Shown here piece after piece: positions 29,936-40,877 of a stretch of 64,000 nucleotides of DNA. Each line of letters begins with the position of its first letter. The first letter of the stretch is position 1. The stretch comes from Synechococcales cyanobacterium VAR_4_metabat_354. Lineage in GTDB: Bacteria > Cyanobacteriota > Cyanobacteriia > Cyanobacteriales > Chamaesiphonaceae. The DNA lies in contig JANOQI010000031.1 in NCBI GenBank assembly GCA_031414775.1, positions 95,693 through 159,692 of the forward strand, given 5' to 3'. Under the pieces are notes generated by a model, which was not told the origin of the DNA, did not search any database, and was given only the letters and a program-made list of their open reading frames with translations. The position numbers and the translations under genes are program-made.

Positions 29936-30871
29936 ATGAATTTAGTCATACTCCAGGGCTATCTGGATAATATTTCATTTGGCATTTTACTAGTTATTAT
30001 GCTAGTCTATTGGGTAGGAGCCGCTTTTCCTAAAATTTCCTACCTACAAAATATTGGTACCGCTGGCATGATGGTAGCCAATCTTTGCATGGCAGCTTTG
30101 CTAGCTGCCCGTTGGATTACTGCTGGTTATTTTCCCTTGAGTAATCTTTATGAATCTCTCTTCTTTTTGGCTTGGGGGGTGACAGCCATTCACCTGATCG
30201 CCGAACGCATGAGTCAAAGCAATTTGGTTGGTGTGGCCACTGCCCCCGTCGCCATGGGAATTACTGCCTTTGCGGCGCTTTCCTTGCCTGATGACATGCA
30301 AGCTTCTGCACCGTTAGTACCAGCCCTCAAATCTAATTGGCTGATGATGCATGTGAGCGTGATGATGATTTCCTATGCCACCTTGATGGTCGGCTCGGTA
30401 TTAGCAATCGCCTTTTTAGTGGTGACTGCTGGCCAGCATGTCGAGCTGCGCGGTAATTCTCTCGGAATTGGTGGTTATCGACTCAGTACAGCGGGTAGTC
30501 CAGAAACAACCACTTATAGTGAATCACTGCCGCTATCGCCCCAAAGATTGAGCCTTGCTCAAACCTTAGATAATGTTAGTTATCGAATTATTGGTTTGGG
30601 TTTTCCACTGCTCACGATCGGTATCATTGCTGGTGGAGTCTGGGCAAATGAAGCCTGGGGCTCGTATTGGAGTTGGGATCCGAAAGAAACATGGGCGCTA
30701 ATTACCTGGCTGTTTTTCGCCGCTTATCTCCATTCCCGCATTACCAAAGGATGGCAAGGGCGTAAACCAGCAATCTTAGCTGCTACCGGTTTTGTGGTAA
30801 TTTGGATTTGTTATTTAGGCGTAAATATTTTGGGCAAAGGACTTCATAGTTATGGCTGGTTTTTCAGTTAA
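29936..30871 (+). CDS. ccsA: Cytochrome c biogenesis protein CcsA/CcsB (system II)
   Basis: [36 protein letters not shown] and GLHSYG motifs. Confidence 0.96.
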   Translation: MNLVILQGYLDNISFGILLVIMLVYWVGAAFPKISYLQNIGTAGMMVANLCMAALLAARWITAGYFPLSNLYESLFFLAWGVTAIHLIAERMSQSNLVGVATAPVAMGITAFAALSLPDDMQASAPLVPALKSNWLMMHVSVMMISYATLMVGSVLAIAFLVVTAGQHVELRGNSLGIGGYRLSTAGSPETTTYSESLPLSPQRLSLAQTLDNVSYRIIGLGFPLLTIGIIAGGVWANEAWGSYWSWDPKETWALITWLFFAAYLHSRITKGWQGRKPAILAATGFVVIWICYLGVNILGKGLHSYGWFFS

Positions 30872-30992
30872 AGCAGATGATTTTTGCTAGCAAAACAAGT
30901 AAAATTTCGAGGTGCTATATATGGGCATCTCAATTTCAAATCATCTTGGGTACCACCACCCTCAATATTTACCACAATCGTGAGAAGTAGAC

Positions 30993-31871
30993 GTGAGTAA
31001 TCAGTTTCAGCCACTAGCCAATGGTGAAGTAGTATCTGTCCAAGGTACTTATCGAGTCAGTGATCTAACAGCTCAAATCCGGAGCAATTTAGATGAAGCT
31101 TTAGCCGAATGGTCGAATGAAGAGGGCATTGCGGGCGAGGTGCTACGATTCGGCGCTGCTGCTTGGCAAAAAGGTAAAGTACAGCTAGGTTTATCGATCG
31201 AGTTTGCTCCTCATGATGGTCTGCTGGAATCGTTGCTACCGCCAGTTACTGGCGGTGGGACGTTTTATTTCTTAGCCGATGGCGAAGTTGTACATGTCCA
31301 AAATACCTACCGGGTTAGTGAGTTAACAGCTAAAATTCGTCACCAGTTAGATAGTGTTTTGGCTGAATGGTCGAGTGATGAAGGATTGGAAGGTGAAGTC
31401 CTGCGTTTTAGTTCTCAGTCTTGGCAAAAAGGCAAAGTACGGCTGAATTTGACACTGAAATTCTTTCCTGATGATAGTGGTTTTATTCCACCAGTGCCTA
31501 GTGTAGCAATATCTAGCTCAGCAGTGAAAGCTGGCCGCACCGCAGTTTTACCCACCACTGTTAACCAAGTTAGGGTGGTCGATCTCGAAGAACCATCAGT
31601 TGTCATGAAGACCCCGATTATCGAATCGACCCTAGAAGATGATCATTTTGAGTTGGGTACCATGTCACCAATTACTGGCGAAATCGAAATGAACCTCGTT
31701 GATAGCGAGAGTGAACAAAATAGCTATGTGGATTTTGATTTGTCCGCAGCTATCCCCGAAGTTAATCTAGATGAATTAGTCTCTCGATCGAATGTTAGTA
31801 GACCGTCTTTAATTGATGAAGTTTGGAACGAGATGAGTCAACCCAATTGGCCTGGTATTGGCAGAGCGTAA
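30993..31871 (+). CDS. KGK-domain protein with two tandem KGK domains
   Basis: Two copies of L.(N/D)GEVV.VQ.TYRVS.LTA.IR..LD..LAEWS..EG..GEVLRF....WQKGKV.L.L...F.P, then an acidic tail. Confidence 0.8.
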   Translation: MSNQFQPLANGEVVSVQGTYRVSDLTAQIRSNLDEALAEWSNEEGIAGEVLRFGAAAWQKGKVQLGLSIEFAPHDGLLESLLPPVTGGGTFYFLADGEVVHVQNTYRVSELTAKIRHQLDSVLAEWSSDEGLEGEVLRFSSQSWQKGKVRLNLTLKFFPDDSGFIPPVPSVAISSSAVKAGRTAVLPTTVNQVRVVDLEEPSVVMKTPIIESTLEDDHFELGTMSPITGEIEMNLVDSESEQNSYVDFDLSAAIPEVNLDELVSRSNVSRPSLIDEVWNEMSQPNWPGIGRA

Positions 31872-32844
31872 CCTGAAACCCTGGACAGATCTTCATACTG
31901 GATTGCAGCAAACACTGCGCCAGCTTAAAATTCTGCCTAGACAAGCTAGTATTCTCATCGCTGTTTCTGGTGGTCAAGACTCCCTGTGCCTAGGTCAGCT
32001 GCTGGTAGATCTCCAGCCTCAATGGCATTGGCGGCTGGCGGTGGCTCATTGCGACCATGGCTGGGCAGAAGATATGGGTGTTGCTCAGCGAGTACGTGAG
32101 ATGGCCGCCAGTTGGCAAGTCCCCTACCACTGCTGGAATGTCCAAGGTTTAGCGGAAACTGAAGTAGCCGCGCGAAATTGGCGTTATCAAGCCCTAGCCC
32201 AAATGGCTCAGACTAACAGCTATCAATATGTGGTTACAGCTCATACTCAAAGTGATGTCGCCGAAACCCTGATCTACAATCTTATGCGGGGTTCTGGCAG
32301 TGATGGCTTGAGTAGTTTACGCCCATCCCGGCAATTGACCGAGCAGATCCAGCTGGTGCGGCCACTGCTTAATATCCCCCGCGCCAAAACTGGTGAATTT
32401 TGCCACCACTGCCAGTTGCCGGTCTGGTTAGATCCTTATAATCACAAACTTCAATATGCGCGCAATCGGGTGCGGCAACAGCTGATTCCGCTCATGGAAA
32501 ATCAGTTTAACCGCCAAGCCAGTAAGCACTTAGCGCAAACAGCCGAAATCTTGCAGGCTGAGACATCCTATCTCGAAAGTGTGGCGATCAGCTATTATCA
32601 GCAGGCACTAGTAGAGACCGGTATGCTCGATCGACAGATGCTCCAACCATTGTCGATCGCTATTCAGCGCCGGGTGATCAGACTTTTTTTGCAATCGGAA
32701 CAGATCGCCCTCAACTTTCAATCGATCGAACAAGTTGTAAAGTTGCTGCACGCCCCGCGTGGTAGTCAAACTAGCTCATTAGCAGGCGGCTTTGTTCAAG
32801 TCCAGCAAAATTACTTAAAAATCAAAAAAGGACATAGCAATTAG
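31858..32844 (+). CDS. tilS: tRNA(Ile)-lysidine synthetase
   Basis: AVSGGQDS PP-loop, AARNWRY, TAHTQSD.AET, RPLL and RNRVR motifs. Confidence 0.95.
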   Translation: MAERNLKPWTDLHTGLQQTLRQLKILPRQASILIAVSGGQDSLCLGQLLVDLQPQWHWRLAVAHCDHGWAEDMGVAQRVREMAASWQVPYHCWNVQGLAETEVAARNWRYQALAQMAQTNSYQYVVTAHTQSDVAETLIYNLMRGSGSDGLSSLRPSRQLTEQIQLVRPLLNIPRAKTGEFCHHCQLPVWLDPYNHKLQYARNRVRQQLIPLMENQFNRQASKHLAQTAEILQAETSYLESVAISYYQQALVETGMLDRQMLQPLSIAIQRRVIRLFLQSEQIALNFQSIEQVVKLLHAPRGSQTSSLAGGFVQVQQNYLKIKKGHSN

Positions 32845-32879
32845 CTACATCCTGAAATGGGACTATTAGGGGCTAGTGC

Positions 32880-34532
32880 TTACATACCCGAAGATGTATC
32901 TTGGCTGTCGTAACTCAGGTCATCCAGCATCGCTTCTAGCTGTTGGAGAGGATTAGCGTCAGTACTGTTTAGCTGATCTTTTAAGTTCTGGAGATGGTTC
33001 TGCAATGGCTGAATCACATCTTCATACAATGCTACTTTTGCTTGCGCTTCCACACTGTTTTGCTGTCGATAATGCAATTCTTGTTCCAGATTTTGCACTG
33101 CTTCAGACTTGGCTAAATATTCATTGACCTGAATTTCTACTTTGGTTTTGGTTTGTTCCAGTACTCCCTGTAAATACTGAATCTCAATGTCTGATCGTTG
33201 GAGTTCTTCTTGTTGACGTTGGCGCTGGTCAGCCAAGAGTTCTAGAACTTGGTTCCAGTTATTGTCCCCCTCCGCAGACTGGTTCTGGCGATATTCCAAC
33301 ACACTAATATGAGCCTGGAGAATGGCCTGCCTGTCGATCAATGTTTCCCGCTGACCCTCCAGGGTTTGCTCCAACATATGGTAACCATCTTGTTCGTCAC
33401 TCAATTCATTTTCAAGACGTAGCTTATCAAAAGCACTAGCTTCAGCCATCTCAGCTTCCATTTTGTTGATAAAAGACTGTTGCTCCGTCAACTCTTCTTC
33501 CTGAAGCTGCACCAGATTACTAGCCTGATGCACTTCTTTTTGGAGGCTGGCTGCAATAGACTCTAGTTCTTCAATTGGCAACTTTTCAATCTGCTCAATA
33601 TTTACTTTGTCGCTAGTGAACACTGCTAAACCGCCCCGCGCCATCATCAGAATCTTTTGATAGTTTTCGTCTTCCAATTGAATACGATCGGTCAATTGTC
33701 TGGAGTATTCTTGACGAATGCTGAGGGCATGTTGTTGTACTTCCCAAGCAGTTTGAGATTGCTCTAGAGTGGTTTGGAGGTGTTGCAATTCCAGCTTTTG
33801 TTCAGAAATCAACTGCTGCTGCTTTTCCAAATCAGCAATGCTGGCTGCGGCTTCTTGCCGCTGCTGATTGAGCTGCGCCCAATGCTGCTGCAATAAATCT
33901 TCTTGTAATTCGATCGCCGACAAAGAACTGGTACCACCCTGAAATTGCTCAACTAGCGATCGCATAGTAGTAACTTGATGAGAAGAAAGACCCGCACCTC
34001 TCTTTTGCTGTGCCAATATTTCCTGTTCTGCTTGCAGTTTTTCCCGAGCGCTAGCAATCTCTTGTAATTCGTTGGCACTGGACTTAAGAGTTTCTTCCAA
34101 ATGCTGAGATTCTTTAGTCAAACGCTCCAATTCACCTCGGGTAAATTCCAGCTCTTCTTCCCGGTTAAATATTTCTTCCTGGCGTAGTTGAAGCTGCTGG
34201 CTTTGCAGACCCAGCGACTGTCGCCAGCTCTCGATTTCGTCTGCCTCTTTTTTGTATTTTTCGATCTGGCGCGAGAGATTTTGGAGAATTCCTACCAAAT
34301 GGCGACCAGCCTCACGCAATTGGCCTTGAATCTGCCGATTAGAATTCATGTCTACCAACATTAAAATGCCAGTATTGTAGTTATTAGCTTCTTCTGGGGC
34401 GGAAACTAGTTCATCACCTTGAATTGCACTCCAGTTCTGTTCGGTGCGCTGGCAAGCCAGCAACCGTAGTTCAGCTTTACCCGAACCAATAAACCCACCT
34501 TTTTGTTTTTGAATTTCTGCTAGGTATAGCAT
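32880..34532 (-). CDS. hmpF: Pilus motility/taxis coiled-coil protein HmpF
   Basis: MLYLAEIQKQK...ELRLLACQR..QNW N-terminus and EIESWRQSL; long coiled coil; divergent from the chemosensory genes. Confidence 0.88.
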   Translation of the reverse strand: MLYLAEIQKQKGGFIGSGKAELRLLACQRTEQNWSAIQGDELVSAPEEANNYNTGILMLVDMNSNRQIQGQLREAGRHLVGILQNLSRQIEKYKKEADEIESWRQSLGLQSQQLQLRQEEIFNREEELEFTRGELERLTKESQHLEETLKSSANELQEIASAREKLQAEQEILAQQKRGAGLSSHQVTTMRSLVEQFQGGTSSLSAIELQEDLLQQHWAQLNQQRQEAAASIADLEKQQQLISEQKLELQHLQTTLEQSQTAWEVQQHALSIRQEYSRQLTDRIQLEDENYQKILMMARGGLAVFTSDKVNIEQIEKLPIEELESIAASLQKEVHQASNLVQLQEEELTEQQSFINKMEAEMAEASAFDKLRLENELSDEQDGYHMLEQTLEGQRETLIDRQAILQAHISVLEYRQNQSAEGDNNWNQVLELLADQRQRQQEELQRSDIEIQYLQGVLEQTKTKVEIQVNEYLAKSEAVQNLEQELHYRQQNSVEAQAKVALYEDVIQPLQNHLQNLKDQLNSTDANPLQQLEAMLDDLSYDSQDTSSGM

Positions 34533-34714
34533 CTTGACTTATCCCTGTCTTACTGTGAGATTACCTAATTTGTCGCCAAACCCAATTCCAGTTATTAAAA
34601 TCAGCTATCAACTTATATATAGATACATAGATACTCTTCTTACTAACAATCTGTTTCACTAACAAGCAATTATTACCATCAATCTGACTGATGCGGTCAG
34701 CGGAGGAACGATAC

Positions 34715-34810
34715 ATGCACTTGGTCGCAGTTATCTTATATCATGCCCAGGAAAACCAGCTGATGTACGATAATCATATCTACAGTCTACTCAACTCGTC
34801 ATCAGCATAA
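34715..34810 (+). CDS. Candidate small ORF (31 aa)
   Basis: GGAGG 8 nt before ATG; MHLVAVILYHAQENQLMYDNHIYSLLNSSSA*. No recognisable family. Confidence 0.3.
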   Translation: MHLVAVILYHAQENQLMYDNHIYSLLNSSSA

Positions 34811-35244
34811 AATAATCAGCATTGATTTTTATCGATGCCTGCCAAAATGGCTGTTTTCTAAAATTGCCTACCGTGATAAACATTGCCACAATATCTTTTT
34901 TGTGATCGGGCATAGCAAATTGGGCACGAAGTTTGGGCAAAATGAATTTATCAGGATAAATTAATTATCTTAAGCCCGGCGGCTACCATTCTAGACTAGA
35001 GTTGTACTGTCATGCCATGCTTGGTGATCATGGCGTTTTAGCATCAGCTTTAGCAGCAATATATCGATAATTAGTGGTAGGTATAGCATAGCTTTAAAGA
35101 AACGTTATTCGATGCGATGGTTATCCTGGAAAAAATATCCCTATAATTATTACCTATGACAGATGTCGGACTAGTCGGTTTACACTCACTTTTCATCATC
35201 TTTTTTTCATCACCGCCCATCTATCTTCAACGTCAGAGATATTT

Positions 35245-35610
35245 ATGAGAACAGTACTAATTGCCGAAGACAGCACTACCCAGCGGGAGATGATGAAAGA
35301 ACTTCTACAGTCTAATGGCTTGACCGTCAACATTGCGACGGACGGAGAACAAGCCGTAGACATGGCTCTGATTACAGTGCCAGATATTGTAGTTTTAGAT
35401 GTGGTTATGCCCAAAATGAATGGTTACGAGGTCTGTCGGAAATTAAAATCTGACCCTAAAACCCAGAATGTACCAGTTATTTTGTGTAGTTCCAAAAGTG
35501 AAGACTTCGATCGACACTGGGGTATGAAACAAGGAGCCGATGCTTATGTTTGCAAGCCTTTCGACCCCTACGAATTAATTGCTACCATCCAACAACTCTT
35601 GAATAATTAG
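35245..35610 (+). CDS. CheY-like response regulator (PilH/HmpB type)
   Basis: Single receiver domain: ED, LDVVMPKMNGYEVCR, KPF. Confidence 0.93.
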   Translation: MRTVLIAEDSTTQREMMKELLQSNGLTVNIATDGEQAVDMALITVPDIVVLDVVMPKMNGYEVCRKLKSDPKTQNVPVILCSSKSEDFDRHWGMKQGADAYVCKPFDPYELIATIQQLLNN

Positions 35611-35620
35611 GAGTATCAAC

Positions 35621-36151
35621 ATGGTTTTTGATCTAGATGTATTAAGTAGTAGTGTAGATACTTCGTCAGTTTCCACTCCTAGTTTGGAACAGCGCGAAGG
35701 AGAACTATGCTTGACTTTCTTTGTACCATCGGGCAAAAAATTTGCCTTGCCAGCGGTGGGAATTAGGGAAGTTATTTCTACAATTGCTGATCGAATCACG
35801 CCTATTCCCAATGCTTCACCATTACTATTGGGAACATTTAACTGGCGTGGTCAAGTCATTTGGGTTGCTGATCTAGGACAGTTTCTCGGTGACACAATTC
35901 TAGTCAACACCGACAGAACAGAAGTTTCCATACTGGTGGTGGAAGAGCAAGAGACCGTGATGGGTTTTGCCATTTGGAGCGTCGCAAACACTGAATGGCT
36001 AAATATCAGCAATATAACCAGTGCACAGGGTTTGTCAGATAGTACATTATCTTTCGTTAAAGGTGGGTATGTTTTAGATGCTCAAGAAAATGGATATTTA
36101 TACTTATTAGACCAGGTTGCGATCTTATCATCGGCACGTTGGGCAAGCTAG
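35621..36151 (+). CDS. CheW-like adaptor (PilI/HmpC type)
   Basis: FALPA..IREV, ITPIPN..PLLLG..NWRGQVIWVADLGQFLG. Confidence 0.92.
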   Translation: MVFDLDVLSSSVDTSSVSTPSLEQREGELCLTFFVPSGKKFALPAVGIREVISTIADRITPIPNASPLLLGTFNWRGQVIWVADLGQFLGDTILVNTDRTEVSILVVEEQETVMGFAIWSVANTEWLNISNITSAQGLSDSTLSFVKGGYVLDAQENGYLYLLDQVAILSSARWAS

Positions 36152-36271
36152 AGATATGAAAATAATTATTTCCTCAGCAGTAATATTTTTTACACAGTAA
36201 TTTAGCTAGTTAAAATCTTGGTTTGTTTATTTTAATTCTGCGCTCAGTAGTACAGTTAATCAGGTTCTATC

Positions 36272-38788
36272 ATGGTTTCTACTCCCAATTACGATCAAGA
36301 ATACTTCCTCAAAGAGTATCAGCAAGCTGAAGATGCTTACTCGCAGGGTAATTACCCTAAAGCAGCAGTAATTATTGATAAATTATTGCCTACCTATGCC
36401 AATAATTCCAACACTAGATTACTTCGTGGTCACATTTACTGCTATGGACTTCAGCAGTATGAAACTGGTTGTCAAGAGTATGAGCAAGTACTGAAAATCG
36501 CCAGTGATGAACAGTCTTTACAATATGCGCGAGATGGCATCGTCTATGCCAAAAGTCATCTACAGGGTGACTCTGGTGGCCACCGACTCAACCAACCACC
36601 TCAGGATCGCGAGCTGGAGTTGATGACTTGGCAGCAGCCAGATTTGCTCACTATTGATGATGGATTTGACATTGCAGCTAGCAAGCTGGGTGGAGAAAAT
36701 TCTGGTGGCTTATTTCAGGTAGAATCTACAGATTTTCTGACAAATCAGAAATCTAATCATACTTTCAGTACTGCACCTACACATACTGGCTTCCACAATA
36801 ATGAACAAGATACTCTAACGGATGCTTTTGCTTTCGATTATCCTAGTGGCGAGCCAGCGACGGAAGCTTTTGCCAGCGACCCCTTCGATAAAATTGCTGC
36901 TACTTACGAAAATCTTGATACTCCAGCACCTCAAAAAAATGATATGGAGCTAGCCAATGGCAATAGTGATAAAACACTTTTGGATGATTCTCCGTCTAAT
37001 TCCTGGATGTTGAACGATCAACCAGAGAACACTTCTGACTTTATTTCTGGATTTTTGGCCAATGAAGTAGCTAAAGGCAAAGTAAACATTTCTAACTCGG
37101 CCTTCTTGGGTGGAACTTTCCCGGCGGCCAACTCACCAGAGGATTCTCAGAACTTATTTATCGATCGAACCAAATCATCTTCATTTGGTTTACCAGAACC
37201 TTCTGGTTTGCTGGCTTCTTCTGATATCGATCATGGCAAACCATTGTCTGGCAGCATCATCTCATCCAATTTGACAGCCTTTGATGCCACCTCCACTTTC
37301 ATTAATAGTAGTGTTGAAGACAGTACGGTTGTTGGTAGCAGTGTAGAAAACCGCAGTGATATCAGCGGTTCGCTTACTAACCTCAGTAGCCTACCATTGG
37401 CCAAAAAGCCTTGGGTTCTCGGTAGTTTAGCCGGTGGGGCGGCGGCAATAACAGTAGCGGTCATGGCTTTAGTCTCCACTACCGTCCTAACCAAAGAAAA
37501 AAATCCTCAATCTTTCTTAGTGCCTGGACTCCTCATGGCTTTAGGTGCTGGAGCCGCCAGCTTCGGCACCACTACGCTTTTTAGTCGTCGCTACAATCGC
37601 GAAGTTGAAAATACAATTTTAGACTTGCAATCTACTTTTGAGCAAGTCTCTCAAAAAAATCTCAAGGCGAGAGCAACCGTCCAAGGCTCAGGAGAGCTGG
37701 GTAAGCTCTCTGCTTCCTTCAACCAAATGCTACAAGGTGTAGTTACTAGCAACAGTGAAGCTCAGCGCAAAGCTCGAGAAATGGAACAAGCTAAAGACGA
37801 GCTGCAAAGACAGGTAATCCGGCTACTCGACGATGTAGAGGGCGCTGCGCGGGGAGACTTAACTGTTAAAGCGGAGGTCACTGCCGATGTATTAGGTGCT
37901 GTCGCTGACTCTTTTAACTTGACGATCGACAGTCTGCGCCAAATTGTTCAACAAGTACAAACAGCAGCTGTTCAAGTAAACAATAGTTCCACCGAGAGTG
38001 AAGCATTTGCCCGGCGACTATCCTCCGATGCTCTGCGCCAAGCCGAAGAATTAGCGGTCACTGTGAACTCCGTCCAGATGATGACCGCCTCCATTAAACG
38101 GGTAGCCGAAAGCGCCCGAGAATCGGAAGAAGTAGCACTCACTGCCTCTGCTAGCGCCCTCAAGGGTGGGGAAGCGGTAGAAAGAACAGTAGCCGGTATT
38201 ATGGAAATTCGGGAAACGGTGGCTGAAAGTACTCGCAAAGTGAAACGCCTGGCCGAATCCTCTCAACAAATTTCCCAAATTGTCTCAGTCATTTCCCAGA
38301 TCGCTTCCCGTACCAACTTATTAGCATTAAATGCCAGCATTGAAGCCGCTAGAGCAGGAGAAGCCGGTAAAGGATTTGCAATCGTGGCCGATGAAGTTCG
38401 GCAGTTAGCCGACAGAAGTGCTAAAGCTTTGAAGGAAATCGAGCAAATCGTATTGCAAATTCAGAGTGAAACTGGCTCGGTGATGGCTGCAATGGAGCAG
38501 GGTACACAGCAAGTAATTCGTGGTACTAAACTAGCGGAGCAAGCCAAGACATCCTTGGATGACATTATTCAGGTATCAAACCGGATTGATTTGTTGGTGC
38601 GCTCCATTACTAGCGATACGATCGAGCAACGAGAGACTTCTAAATCGGTAACAGAAGTAATCCAATCCGTGGAAATCCAGGCTCAATCAACTTCTCAAGA
38701 GGCACAGAAAGTATCTTCTTCTCTGGAAAACTTGGTAATTGTGGCTCGTAATCTCTTGACTTATGTAGAGCGGTTTAAAGTGGAATAA
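36272..38788 (+). CDS. Methyl-accepting chemotaxis protein with N-terminal TPR (PilJ/HmpD type)
   Basis: TPR-like N-terminus, two TM helices, HAMP domain and [26 protein letters not shown] signalling tip. Confidence 0.95.
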   Translation: MVSTPNYDQEYFLKEYQQAEDAYSQGNYPKAAVIIDKLLPTYANNSNTRLLRGHIYCYGLQQYETGCQEYEQVLKIASDEQSLQYARDGIVYAKSHLQGDSGGHRLNQPPQDRELELMTWQQPDLLTIDDGFDIAASKLGGENSGGLFQVESTDFLTNQKSNHTFSTAPTHTGFHNNEQDTLTDAFAFDYPSGEPATEAFASDPFDKIAATYENLDTPAPQKNDMELANGNSDKTLLDDSPSNSWMLNDQPENTSDFISGFLANEVAKGKVNISNSAFLGGTFPAANSPEDSQNLFIDRTKSSSFGLPEPSGLLASSDIDHGKPLSGSIISSNLTAFDATSTFINSSVEDSTVVGSSVENRSDISGSLTNLSSLPLAKKPWVLGSLAGGAAAITVAVMALVSTTVLTKEKNPQSFLVPGLLMALGAGAASFGTTTLFSRRYNREVENTILDLQSTFEQVSQKNLKARATVQGSGELGKLSASFNQMLQGVVTSNSEAQRKAREMEQAKDELQRQVIRLLDDVEGAARGDLTVKAEVTADVLGAVADSFNLTIDSLRQIVQQVQTAAVQVNNSSTESEAFARRLSSDALRQAEELAVTVNSVQMMTASIKRVAESARESEEVALTASASALKGGEAVERTVAGIMEIRETVAESTRKVKRLAESSQQISQIVSVISQIASRTNLLALNASIEAARAGEAGKGFAIVADEVRQLADRSAKALKEIEQIVLQIQSETGSVMAAMEQGTQQVIRGTKLAEQAKTSLDDIIQVSNRIDLLVRSITSDTIEQRETSKSVTEVIQSVEIQAQSTSQEAQKVSSSLENLVIVARNLLTYVERFKVE

Positions 38789-38836
38789 TTGCCCACTCGT
38801 AAAATAACTTGACTGAAAATTTAGTTGGCGAAAATC

Positions 38837-40864
38837 ATGGCACAACAAGACAAAATCATTGGTTACTTTTTGGATGAATCTCAAGAACACTTGCGTGTGA
38901 TCGAGGAAGGGCTAATTACACCCAGTTTGTTATCTCAACCAGCACAGATTAGAGAAGTGTTTCGCGCGGCTCATTCCATCAAAGGAGGCGCGGCTATGCT
39001 GGAGTTAGATACCATTCAACAAATTGGTCATCATTTTGAGCAAGCATTCAAACAAATCAAAGAAAAGTCATTGTCTGTAGATGAGCCACTCCAAAATTTG
39101 CTGCTAGAAGGTTTGGAAATGTTGCGCTTAGCTCTCCAAATCTTACGACATCAACAAACACCGCCGATTAGCCTCGCACAGGAAGAAGTATTCGGAAAGA
39201 TTCGATCGTACTTAGCTAGCCAACGAACTCCCAGCTCACCCAGCCTCAACAACTCTGATTTTCTCCCCAATCCAGCTATCGAAAAAGCATTTAGTAGTTA
39301 TGTGAATCATAACCTGCGACAGTTTGATAAATTATCCAGTAAACCCCAAGCAGACAATAATATCAGACAAGAACTGTCAGATATTTGCCAGAAAATCGGC
39401 GACTTAGGTAAGGATTTTGATTTTGTGAACTGGACGAACCTCTTAACTAGTTGTCAGATAGTCATCAACAATCCACTGATTCCGATCGATCAGCTCTGTG
39501 ACACCATCCCGAATGCTATTAAGCAAGCTCAATTCTTAGTAATTAACGGTAATCACCAGTCCATTGTTGCCACACCAGAATTGAACGAATTGCTGATGTC
39601 AGAAGTTCTTACAGACTTAACTTTGACATCTTCTGCCAGCAATTTTGACATATCAGAAAATAGTTTAGAAGAAACCGCCGACATTTACAACGTAGGTGAA
39701 TTTATGCAGTTATTTGATGAAGAAATCACTGCCGATGGTACTTGGGTACAAGAAGAAGATGTTCTCGCTCTAGATAATATCGATAAGTCCGCCCATTCCG
39801 AAGAAAATCGACAATCGACCACACTGTGGGATGAAGATATTTTTGAAAGACCACTACCAATATTGACTCTAGATGAACCAAATTCTACTCTGGCCTACAG
39901 CGTTGAGCTACAACCAACCGTCAACTTGCCGCAATTCAACTTTGAAGAACCTAGTAATTCAGAGCTGTTTATGGAAAACGAGGCCAAAACAGATTCTCCA
40001 GCTATTCATCTCAATTCAACTGCCATTAACAGCTTAAACGGCAAAGATATCGATTGGAGCGGCTTACTCGCAGATATTCCCGATGAAGCAATCGTAGATT
40101 ATCAAGAGCTAGTAAATTTATCATCAACAGTAGATCAATGGCCAATCCACCCCATTAGCAATGATCTAAATCCAGCTGTTTTAGGAGTAACTGCTGATAG
40201 TCAACCTGATGATCCTTTCGCCATTATCAGTGTTGAAGAAGAAGAAATACAGGAAGAAAAGATTTTTATTACTGAAGAAGAGGAAAGAATATCAAATGAA
40301 CTAGCGGCCTTTGACTTAGAACAACCAGTTTTTACGGATTTTGCTGTTGAAAACACTTTGTCTCAAAAAGATTCGTCGATTTTGGATACTGATAATTTCC
40401 ATAAATTTGCGGTAGAGCAATCCATAGATCAAGATCAAGACAATTTGATTTTAGATGTTTTTGAATTTGATGATGATCAATTTACCTTCGATTTTTTATC
40501 ACAACCGTCAACTGATTTAGAAATATCCAATATTTTTAGTATCGATCCGCCACCAATAATTAGTATTCCTGATTTGCCGACCCTAGATGAATTGATGGCA
40601 AAAAGCCTGAATACAACACCTCTTAAGAGTGAAATTACGTCTTCGGATCTAGAAGATTGGCGAGAATTATCAGCATTTGATGACCTCTTGGCGGATACTC
40701 AAACAACCGATGCGGATATCACTGACCTCAACCAAATCATGATTAACGGTAATTTGGATCCAGAGTTAGAACTAGAAGATTTGGAGGATTTGTCGGATTT
40801 TTTACAAGCCTCAGTTAGTTCTGACCAAATTGGCGATCTCGACAGTTTAGTTAGACCTAACTGA
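38837..40864 (+). CDS. Hpt-domain protein (N-terminal half of split CheA, PilL-N-like) with long acidic tail
   Basis: YFLDESQEHL..IEEGL...FRAAHSIKGGAAML Hpt motif; about 400-aa D/E-rich low-complexity C-terminus. Confidence 0.85.
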   Translation: MAQQDKIIGYFLDESQEHLRVIEEGLITPSLLSQPAQIREVFRAAHSIKGGAAMLELDTIQQIGHHFEQAFKQIKEKSLSVDEPLQNLLLEGLEMLRLALQILRHQQTPPISLAQEEVFGKIRSYLASQRTPSSPSLNNSDFLPNPAIEKAFSSYVNHNLRQFDKLSSKPQADNNIRQELSDICQKIGDLGKDFDFVNWTNLLTSCQIVINNPLIPIDQLCDTIPNAIKQAQFLVINGNHQSIVATPELNELLMSEVLTDLTLTSSASNFDISENSLEETADIYNVGEFMQLFDEEITADGTWVQEEDVLALDNIDKSAHSEENRQSTTLWDEDIFERPLPILTLDEPNSTLAYSVELQPTVNLPQFNFEEPSNSELFMENEAKTDSPAIHLNSTAINSLNGKDIDWSGLLADIPDEAIVDYQELVNLSSTVDQWPIHPISNDLNPAVLGVTADSQPDDPFAIISVEEEEIQEEKIFITEEEERISNELAAFDLEQPVFTDFAVENTLSQKDSSILDTDNFHKFAVEQSIDQDQDNLILDVFEFDDDQFTFDFLSQPSTDLEISNIFSIDPPPIISIPDLPTLDELMAKSLNTTPLKSEITSSDLEDWRELSAFDDLLADTQTTDADITDLNQIMINGNLDPELELEDLEDLSDFLQASVSSDQIGDLDSLVRPN

Positions 40865-40877
40865 GGCTCAGAAACCC

